64,000 nt of DNA from Takakia lepidozioides (Eukaryota; Plantae; Bryophyta), in contig CM060734.1 in the NCBI GenBank assembly GCA_030704615.1, positions 46,810,001-46,874,000 on the forward strand, given 5' to 3'. This document shows, in pieces, positions 38,220 to 48,570 of this stretch; the first letter of the stretch is position 1, and every line of letters starts with the position of its first letter. Below the pieces are notes generated by a model. That model was not told the DNA's origin. It saw only the letters and a program-made list of their open reading frames with translations, and made no database searches. The translations under genes and the position numbers were made by a program.

Positions 38220-39403
38220 TCTATCTATCACACATGTAGTCACCATAAAATGTTTGAAGGCAGTAAGCCTCCTCCAACCCCTGGGGTGCACCCCAGCCAA
38301 CCTGTACCAGCCACGTGCGTATACATGAGGGGGTATTTTTAACCACCCTATGTACAGCATTATACATATATAGGGGGGTAAACAATACCTTAAATATAAG
38401 TCTATTGCAAGGGGCTATCATGATTAAGAGGGTAGCGTAGTGGTAAGGATTAGCATTGTCACATCATGGGTTCAAATTACCATGCAATTTGGAGTTTTTC
38501 GAAAACTTGGAAAATACATATATTTCGCTACGCAGATTTGAATTTGAGACCACCTACACACCACGAGTACCTCCATACCACTAGGCTACCCCACGATTCG
38601 TGAAACAAATGTAATGATTAACAGTAATATAGAAGAAAGACAGTTTGTTGTGTTTTGTGTCATCGTTGAGATCTCCCAAACCGCGACGCCCCATCCCTGA
38701 TGTTTGGTACCATTGGAAAGCCCTCAATGAGGAGGGGTGCATCGGCTTGGTCTCATAATTTTAGGACTTGCGGTGTGGGAGATATGAATTTTCAAGTTCT
38801 TTTGGTCGTTGGAAATTCGCGAAAAATAGCAAAGTGGGTTTTCTTGCAACAATGACTTGCCCCTCATTTGTCATTTGTGCACGGGGACACAAATGTAAAT
38901 TGGGTTTTTTCTTAAAAATATGACATTAACACAGTATTGTTTGTAGAAACCTTGAGATCTTCCAAACTACGGGGTCTCTAGCCACGATTTTGGTACCGTT
39001 GGAAAGCCCTCAATGAGTAGGGATGCATCAACTTCGTTTCATAGAATTTGGATCTATCGGCCGAGGTCTGTTTTTAAATGAATGTATTTGATATAATTTA
39101 AAGAGATATATATATATATCTTTGAGGGTATTTTTTAATGATTGAAAAGATGAATATATATACAAAAGGGGGGTTTTTTTAAAAATTGTAAATTTCTGTA
39201 TATTTAGATGAGAGGGTTTAATAATCTTCAAAAAAGTATGTTCAGAGGGGGTAAATTATCCCAGGACCCATATACATGAGGTTTTTTTTATTAGTTGGCG
39301 AACGTACGTGATACGCACATTTTATAAAGAGTGCACCCCCCCCCAGTCTCCAACCTTCAACTTCAAAGAAATGAGCATTTGGACACATGAAGGCTAGGCT
39401 AGA
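38220..39403. mobile_element. Non-autonomous insertion with TC...CTAG(A) ends flanked by a TTTAACC direct repeat
   Basis: TTTAACC at 38213-38219 and 39404-39410; gypsy-like coding sequence on both sides; internal duplicated block TTGGTACC(A/G)TTGGAAAGCCCTCAATGAG. Confidence 0.5.
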
Positions 39404-40729
39404 TTTAACCACCTTTTGGGTCATATCAGGAATGGTGATGTTGATAGGTGCACGAATCAGAGTGGAATTTTTTGGAACAACTATGGCCCCCCCTGTCTTA
39501 CCACCAGCACTGGGAACATGCTATTGATATAAGAGCTGAAGATCAGGCTGAAACTTGTAAAAATCATTCCAATTGAGGTTGAAGTGAGAGTTCTGTTGTA
39601 CCGCTTTCACTAGGAACACCGTATTCGCTAAAAGTGTACTTTGAAAATGTCATTTTTTTTTCCAAATTCCCCTGGAGGTTTTCATCAACTACAATGTATA
39701 ATTAACATTGTTGAAATTGTGCACCACCTCATGTACATGTACATATAACTTTCATATAATCATAGATATTACAAAAATCAGTTTATTTTGAGGAAGCAAA
39801 TATAACTTATGATAATATATAATTCCAAAAATTTAATGTCTTCGAATGAAAACCTAATATCTTTATGATCCAATATATGCTAACCATTTGTGAGAGGATA
39901 TGCATTTTTAGTGTTGGATTAGATATACTAATTATTTAATAAATAACATATATTCAATAATTTGAAAAATTGATTTTGTTTATGATTATTCATCATTCAT
40001 TAATTAGGATTAGCATCCATGAAATACAATCATCCATCAAGTTATCCATCAAATCATCCATGTTTTTATTGAATCTCCAATTGTAACAAACATGGGCATA
40101 TATACAAGCACTGTGTACATATGACTTGTGTAATTTCTTAGTAAACTCAAGTAATCCTAGGCATTCCTGGCTTCCAACCCCACTGTGGAACAAGATTTGG
40201 TAACTCCTTCATCCAGTTCACATAATCCTCATTTGAAGTTTGTATCCATCGCATCCCTGCTTGTGTGCCATAACGATCCACCTCCGATTCAGTAAGTGGA
40301 AGATTTAGGTCTTGTCGAAACCGTTGTCCATCCGTAGTATAATAAAATCCATCCACAGGGTTCATCTATGTTCTTTCACCAAATGGATTGGCCCCTTCAA
40401 CGCTAGCTGGAATGTAGTCTGGATCCGACTTTATCAGTGTATTACGATCATTCGCACTACTATCGTTTTAAGTCTCACTTTCACCAATTGGAACAACATT
40501 ATCGTCTTCTTCTGTTTGTGCTTGCATCTTTATAATATATTCTGACGTTGTTACTGATGCGTAGTAACACCATTCATCCACACCAATTGATGGTTGGTTG
40601 GCCAAAATTGCAGTATTTCCACTTGTTGGGCCTTCAATACGTCGATATCGGCATCCATCATTGTTGTAGTAATATCCATCTGCCCCAATTGCAAGCTCTG
40701 TGAAAGGGGAGATGTATGGGAGAGGGGTA

Positions 40730-42200
40730 GGGTGTATGCACCACCCCATAGAACATACCTTGATATGATCTCGGCTGTACACACCTACAGAGCGTAACAA
40801 GCATTTGTGAATATAGTTGTGGATGCCAAAAAAATGATGACGAAAGAGACACAAAGACAATGAACCTTCTTTCATGTGGAGAGGATGTACATAAGAGGGA
40901 ATTTTGTGAATGCATATTTGAATGCATGTACAAGTCATGGACATCCGAGTCATTAATATTCCATTCTACTTATATTTGAAAACTCTCAATGGGGTGGTGT
41001 TCACACACTACCCCATGGGGGTGGTGCGTACGCACCACCACTACCTATTATAAAATTATAACAATACCCAAGTATATAAAAGAAAACAACGACACAATCA
41101 TCATTAATGCATTTAACATTTCAAATTTCAAATCAAAGTACATCAATTATTGTGGTTTCTTATTGGCTTATATAGGAAATACACACCTACCTCAAATGCA
41201 AGGCTCTCTCGGTAAGTACATTATTTGTGTTTGGGGCTTCCAAAGGGGTAGTGTGTCCACACCAACATATCCATTCATTCCATATATATATATATCTTCA
41301 TGGTGCTTATACACCACCCGTAAATAAAATTTCAAATCCCTTGTTGAGGAGAGGGGGTGGTACGTGCACATCATCTTATTTCCATATATATAACTTGAAT
41401 ACAATAGGGGGTAGTGCGTGTACCCCACCCTACAAGAAACATATGAGAACTTGATTTCAAATACAAGAATATTCATAGGAGAAAGGTAGGGTGCATGCAC
41501 CACCCCATAGAACATACCTTGATATGATATCGGCTATAAACATCCAAAGAGCATAGCAATCGTTATGCATGAATGCCAAGTGGCATATGGTCTTACCTTG
41601 TATTGACTCATTTTGGTAACATGTGAGCACATGATTGGTTGTTGACTTGGGTGTTGACTAGAGGTGGTGTACATGTACTACTCCGTGGGGGTGGTGGGTA
41701 CACACCACACTACCTGTTCCAAACACTATAACTACACCCATAATCATCATTAATGCATTGAACATTTCAAAATTTTAAATTTTAAATCTCAAATCTATGT
41801 ACATTAATTATGGTGTTTTCTTATTGGCCTACATATGAAATACACACCTACCCCAAATGCTCTTGCGAAGACACAAGGACTACGCCTTCACAAATCGTGG
41901 TGACCCCAAGTTATTGTCATGAATCGCAATTGGAGAGTTGAAAACTAAGGAGATGGAGCAAGGAGCCCAAGCTTCGCAAGAAACCTATGAAGTTCGGCAT
42001 TCTTTGTTCTAGGTGAGTACACTGTTTATGTTTGGGGCTTCCAAGGGGTATACACTACCATATTGGGGTGGTGTGTGCACATCACCCTATTTGTACATAT
42101 ATATTGAGAATAGGGGTGGTGTACACACACTACCCTATACAAATAACATGAATACAATAGGGATAATGTGTGTACCTCACCCTGCAAGAATTATATGAGA
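40730..42200. repeat. Degenerate ~700-bp tandem duplication rich in GGGGTGGTG..CACTACCCC palindromes
   Basis: 40727-40795 resembles 41485-41555; 40990-41200 resembles 41660-41860. Confidence 0.75.
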
Positions 42201-42830
42201 ATATAGCCTGCATCAACGTATATGAACAAACCATCATGATCCACTACAACCGTGGTGTTCAAATAGTACATCTTCTTTCTCCCATTAAACCATTTCTTGT
42301 GATTTGGGTTCTTGAATGGCCTCTGAATCTTGCACGGTGTGCCATCAATGAAACCTATACAATATAGGAAGCCATCAGCCGCTTGCCTAAACTCAACCGT
42401 TCTTCAACACTTGGCCAACGGATTTCATCTGCACTAACCTCGTCGATAACTGTGCAGACGAAAAGTGCATCATCACTCAAAGAACTCTTGGCCCAGTTAA
42501 GGCCCAGTTCTAAGTGAAGACATCATATACCATAGAATTATCATGTTTGAGATACATGATTGCACTGAGAACGTGTTGCCTTGAGCATAATTTATTAGGT
42601 CGGCCTATATGTACTCCAAGCTCATCACCTGTACTTCTAGCATGCGTTGCAAAACATGACATATTCGGTTGCAGAGCTCTTCAAATTCCTCAACTTTGAA
42701 ATTTGTGAGAGTCTTGAACAAAGAATGAGCTCTTTGTAGTGAAATCAACACGTTTCTCACACCAATCTCCGAACCCATAAATTTCTGCTCATCCTCTCCA
42801 TCATCCAACAATGAATTGATGCAAATCATT
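42200..42830 (-). pseudogene. PIF/Harbinger (DDE_Tnp_4) transposase remnant
   Basis: FKTLTNFKVEEFEEL, EIRWPSVEER, FIDGTPCKIQRP. Confidence 0.75.
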
Positions 42831-43801
42831 GCAGTAGCAGAATCTAGAATCGCCCATTGGTTAAATTCCAGATCGCAAACAAATCCTCCTCATCACTATC
42901 AGAGTCCATGGCTGGCCTAAATGAAGCACACAGAGAGAGCATAAGCTGCCGCACAACCACAAGTCGTTGGTCGCGTTGCTCCACTTTGCATAAACTCACG
43001 GCTAGTCAACCTGTGTTGAACGATTCCTAACAAATTTACGGAAATTTGCGGAGGGAAAGCAAACTCACGTTGAAATTGCGATTTTTAACAACTCACGATG
43101 AAACTTAGGTATGAATTTACGGATAACTCTAATGAGGTTGAAAAAACCATGGATTTCACCTAAATCTGATCTGGTGGCCCTATCCTTTGCCATAAGATCG
43201 GCAAGAAGGAGCCACCTATTGCCATCTCAAAAAGAGGGATGTTAGAACGGAGGTGGTGGGGTGAGGCGTTAGAGAAGAGCATGAGCGGTGGGCCCTATTC
43301 TAGATCAAGGTACTACCACCTACATCACACCGTATATAAATGGGTCTATATGGCTTTTTCCCCCTCAACCTTACTTTGGTGGGCTCTGCAAGTAGGTAGG
43401 GCCTCTTTAAAAATGTAAACTAGAACTTGAACCATCTTTAAATTAATAGAAACCTCACATAAGGCCAGCTTTACGGCCCCAAGGATGGAGCGATCGTATT
43501 GGTCAAGAGCTTAGGGTCCGCCCCAAGAGCTTTACACTAGGAGTCAAAACCAAAAATGAAATAATATATTTTAATCTACATAGACATGGCCCCGACATGG
43601 TCCCAAGGGCAAAAAAACAACCCTCAAGATTTGGGGGGCCAATAAGGCTCATTGGGGCCAACACTCACCCAAATAAAATACATTTTTTTTTATTGCATCT
43701 CAACTATACGATCAGATGAAGTCAAGTTCTCTTCCCTCTCTTCCTGTCTCTCGTCTCCCGCGCTTCCCCCCTTCCTTGGCCTTCTCGTTTGTCAGGGTAG
43801 A

Positions 43802-44956
43802 ATGGATAGCTCACAATATGCCGTATGGAGTACTGAGGGGATGCCAGACGTGCAAGAGAGGATCGTGTCTACTGCGGGATCTCTCGCATTTCAGCCATTT
43901 TGCCCTATTGTTGCACAAAGATCAAATCTGCCCCCTTTGAATCCAAGCATTGATGATGACGTTTGTCTGACTAGTGACCCTGAAGTTGTTGAGAAATTGA
44001 AATGCAAGAGGAAAGCAGCTGCCCTGAGCCTATAAGTATGGACACCCAAGATGATAAGGATGTGCAGATTATTCCAGAAGTAGCAAGGTCGAAGAGACAA
44101 TCTGCACGCAAGAAAGCTGCACCCAAGACAACCAAATCCAAGAAGGCTTTGAAGGAGGACTCTGAGGAAGATGCAGATTCTACCGGTTCAAAAGCCTGGA
44201 AAGATTCAGATACGGAGGCACTGATTGCACTTCGAGGTGAAATGGAACCCGAGTTTGTGAAGAATGCTAAGAAACAAGGATTTGTTTTCGCTTCATTGTT
44301 TTCGTTTCTCGGCTACTTTGTTTGACATGTTTGCTCACATCTTCAGTTGAAATTATGACAACCCTTATGGGGAAGAGATGCAGGCTAACCACCGAGGAGA
44401 CTTTGTTCCATTCATATCAATGTTAGTTTAGAAGCTTTCTATTCTCTAACTTCAAAGCTTTTTCAGGAGTTGATGTATGGCTGAAGCTACATGCCAGAAT
44501 GGTTGCAGCAGTTCCAGGGTTCACAAAGACAGTCGAAGCATGTAAGAAAAAATTCAACACCTTGTTTAAACAGTACAAAATTGACAAAATGTCAAACGAA
44601 ATATCTGGAGAGGGTAGGCTGAATGCAAGTTCTATAATTCCATTGATAAGTGGTGGCATCAAGCAAGAACAGTCATGAAGCATGTCACAACATCTGCAAA
44701 TGAATCACCTGACCAGCCATCTACACCTGAAAGAAATATTGAATGCTTGGACAGCGAACCTACAACAGAGACTACCTTACAGTCTGCTCACAAGAGTAGC
44801 AAAAAGACATTCTACGAACAAGCTATTGATATGTTCTCAAAGATGGTAGAAAACATTAGTAGTATGGTGAAACATTTTGAGAAAACAAATGCTTTATTAG
44901 AAAGAGTTGATCGTCCAATGGACAAACTCATAGACAAACTCATAGACAAACTGTAG
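43802..44956 (+). pseudogene. Harbinger Myb/SANT-like DNA-binding ORF (spliced, with breaks)
   Basis: WKDSDTEALIALRGEM, then after an intron VWLKLHARM...KTVEACKKKFNTLFKQYK; C-terminal coiled coil. Confidence 0.75.
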
Positions 44957-44968
44957 AGATAGGCTTGA

Positions 44969-46387
44969 TCAGTCACTATCATCAGAATAGCCTGTGGCAG
45001 GAAACACGGCCTTGCCTTCTTTCCACAATTTTACTTCATAAAATGTCTCTACAAATAATTCATGAGCTTGAGTTGCTTCGTGCAGTAATTTTCTGATCCT
45101 AGTCTCTTTGTCTCTCCTGGTTTCTGGCCTCTCTTCATTGTCTTCATCATTTGCGTCCTCTTCTCCTTCATCAGGTCCTGTCTCAATTTCAGACGTATTG
45201 TTAAGGTGTTGTAATGCTTTCATTTCTTTTATTGCTTGTTCAACAACATGAAAAATATCCGTGTGGCGCAAATCTCCAAGTACATGGTTAGCTCCCCTTT
45301 GCATCATTTCCTCGGCCTCTTTTGCCCATTCCATATCAAACTTATCTCCGTGTATAATGCATAGGTTGTATAGACACAATGTGGCAATAACCAAATCCGA
45401 CAAATTCTTTAGTGGCATATCGACTCTTTTCAGTAGAATTCTCCAACATCCTTTAAGCACCCCAAATGCCCTTTCCACTGCCATTCCTGTGCTTGATTGT
45501 ATGAAATTCTTGACAACCCCTCTTTCTCACCTTTGAATGGTGAGTAAAACCAGGGCCTCATGGATATGCGACATCACCGATCAATTTGTAAGGTAGAAGT
45601 GCACCCCTCATGACTCTTTTGCTAATTTCACTTCGTTGAAATAATGCCCAGTCATGGCGACGTCCAGCCCATCCGAAGTCGAAATCCCAGAATTTACATT
45701 TGGAGTCCACTATCCTTTGCAGTAGAGCTGAATAAAATCCTTTGCGGCAGTAGTAGGAGGTTGATCAACTTTACGAGCAATAATTCGTATATGGCTACCA
45801 TCCACAGCTCCAATTATATATGGGATCCCTTGCAATGCTTCAAACTCGACTGCCATTCTCTTTATGCTTTGACCAATAGGTTTCTCAAACACTATCTGCT
45901 TCAAATGTTTTCTGACAAATGCACAAAAGTCTCTAACAATGATAGATGTAGTACTTTCTGTCACTCCATAAATATCTCCACACATTTGTAATGTGTTGCC
46001 ATTGCCTAATCTAGATAATGCTATGGCTACCCGTGTTTCTAAGGGAATGCAAGCTCGCATGTGAGAATCTGACTTGGTCATAGATGGAGCAACAATGGAA
46101 CACAAGTATGTGAAAGTACTTGGATTCAACCTGGTTCGCTGCTTGAACATCTTATTTGAATAACTGTCCATGAGTTGCCGCTCCATGAAACCTACAGCTC
46201 TCTGATACAGCCACACAATTCGATCTCTTGGCCCATTCCCTTCAATTTTCATGGCAACCATCATCATCATTGCAGCCTGGTGATGACCAATGGCAAGTTG
46301 TTGTGCAGCTACAACGACAGTCATCACATGACGGACTCTCATGAAGAACACAAGTGCCACCAAAGTCTTGTGCCTATGAGCATCCAT
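44969..46387 (-). pseudogene. Harbinger transposase (HARBI1/ALP1-like), frameshifted
   Basis: VAIALSRLGNG, IIGAVDGSHI, VERAFGVLKGCWRIL, LYNLCI. Confidence 0.9.
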
Positions 46388-47133
46388 GGTGAGTGCACAT
46401 AAACTAGGGCAAGAGGTGGGAGAAGCTCAAACCGTGGAGGACACAAAGAGGGAGCGTGGGGGGTTCACACGGTTTATATGTGATTATGAAGCCTCGGCCT
46501 CTACCACTTGGCCCCATGGCCTTTACACTAGTGCCTCTTGGCCCCTACAATTTTAATGCTTACTTGAGGCCACCCCAAGGTCAATTAGTACTAAAAATGG
46601 GCTCCCTCGGCCCCAAGATTTGTTGGCCTCGACTCCTAGTGTAAAGTGGGCCTAATGAGACACTCCGAGTCCGAGCTTGTGGAGCTAACAATGATGCCCA
46701 TTTCCTTGTGTATACCTTTGTACCTTATGAAGACGAAGGAGTGTGCGTTTGGGACAGGGTACTTAGTAGATGAAGAGCATGCGGGGCTCGACTAGCCCAG
46801 CCCAATTTCCACATAGACCTCAAGGCTCCTAACAAGCAGAGATGACAGGCGAGGAGATGACACAACGGAGGTGAATTTTGACATGTGCTGGTAAGTGCAG
46901 TGGCAAGGCTGCGAGAGCGACCAGGCTCTCCTTTTGGTGACGTTTGGGGGACGGGAGAGATGACGTGTCCTTGGAAAGGACACAAGGAAAGAGATGTAAA
47001 AAATGCGGCAGGAAATGATGGGTCACACTCATGGGTGATGCTTGAAGCTGGATGATCGTTCGCCATGCACAGAGGAGCCTGCTGCTGCAATAGTTTCTGC
47101 ATTGGGCTTGCAGAAAATATACCTGTCTGCGGG

Positions 47134-48465
47134 ATGGCAGCGTCTTCCCGCGTTCTCCTGCACGCGCATGCCCACTCCATAACCAAGGCCCGATCCTCTC
47201 GCTTCGGTCATGCGAGAGGCCTTGCGTCATGTAGCGGATTAAAGGACTGGGCTGTGGAGCTGAAAGCGGCATCCCCCTTGGCAATGCATAGAGAGCGGAG
47301 TCCCTTGCATGTGGTGGCTATGGCGCCTTCAGGGATGCCATTTAAATTAGGTAATTACACGAAACACCTCGCTGTTTCCTTTTTTGGGGTCGCTGTGTTG
47401 TATGTATGCGCAGTCGGATCCAGGTTCGGAATTGTCTTTATCGCAATTCAGCAGAAACGAATGTACTATGGCAAAGAAGCAAGAAAGCGCACGGGATCGT
47501 TAGTGAAGGCCGGTAATGGGTATGGGCGTAGGTCAATGCTGGAGCATGGAACAGCACTGGCAAGAGCTCTTTAAAGATCCTCTACAATGGTGGGACAGTG
47601 GCTTTGACAAGGTGAGCTTTCTTCATGTAGGATGTGAAGGAGTTTGAGGGAGTTTGACTGAACTCTGGTATGATCCTATTGTGTAGATTGGATTGTACCC
47701 CTAGCTGTTGAGTGAAGCCAGAATCTCGCCGTGCTCTGCAAAAACTGCTTTTAGCGGAGGTTGTTCCTCCTGAGCAGGGCATGAAAACAGGATGTGAAGG
47801 TCTGTTCCCTAGAGTTTGCAAGGTACTTTGGAAGGGTTGAGACTGTGGCTGCTCAGTTGCTCCCTGGTCGATTTCACAGACCACTCCAAAATCTCCAGAC
47901 TACAGACATAAGCATTTTTAGCATCTGTGTAAGTTTGGACACAGTCGAATGTTCCTCATTGTGTGGAGTCCAATGGAGCCCAAAGCGACTGTCATGAATG
48001 TTGTTGAAATCTCACTAGCACTCCTCCATGTAGGAACTTGTCAAAAATGTTGATGCTGTCCGATTTTGGGGCACGAAGGTCTACCATGGAGCATGGAGCA
48101 GCGCTGTCATGAGTTTTTTAAAGATCCTTCACAATGCTGGGGCAACCACAATTGCAAGGTGTGGCTTTTTTAATGTATGACGCAAAGAAGTTTGTCTGTT
48201 CTGAGAGTGTGAGCTCTTCCTGTCAGTATCTGATTTGGTATTTTTCCTGGTGTTTACAAACGGATGAGCTTGGTCTTAGGAGGTGGTGTTTTAATCTATG
48301 GCTGCTCAGCTGCACCGTGGTGGTTCTCACAGACCAATCCGAGATCACCCGACTATAGACACAAGCAGCACACACAAGAGGTCCTTTTGGGTTGATGGTC
48401 GGTTGAATCCTCCGTGGGTGAAAGAAAAGCTAGCTGCTTTGATGACACCAGGTCAAGGACATTTG
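47134..48465 (+). other. Putative upstream exons of the PPR gene: transit-peptide-like exon and two degenerate OSB-type PDF motif copies
   Basis: MAASSRVLLHAHAHSITKARSSRF... ending at a GTAATT donor (47351); MEQHWQELFKDPLQWWDSGFDK|intron 47612-47879|TTPKSPDYRHK; MEQRCHEFFKDPSQCWGNHNCK|intron 48159-48332|TNPRSPDYRHK...WVDGRLNPPWVKEKL; both copies carry stops or frameshifts. Confidence 0.65.
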
Positions 48466-48570
48466 GTGAGGGTACCTTCTTCAACACATTTCAGCCTGTT
48501 TTTAGCTCATTGGGTGCATGGATATGGTGGTTTGGAGTGATTTTGACATGTTACTGCCAATGTGGTAACA

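Larger units (their letters stand above)
43463..46652. mobile_element. Complete PIF/Harbinger element
   Basis: TAA TSDs (43460-43462, 46653-46655); right TIR reverse complement GGCCCACTTTACACTAGGAGTC; left TIR split (43463-43474 plus 43536-43545); convergent Myb/SANT and transposase genes. Confidence 0.85.

Noticed and set aside
38431-38590. Functional tRNA genes
   Set aside because: Only A/B-box-like fragments; no cloverleaf or acceptor stem can be formed
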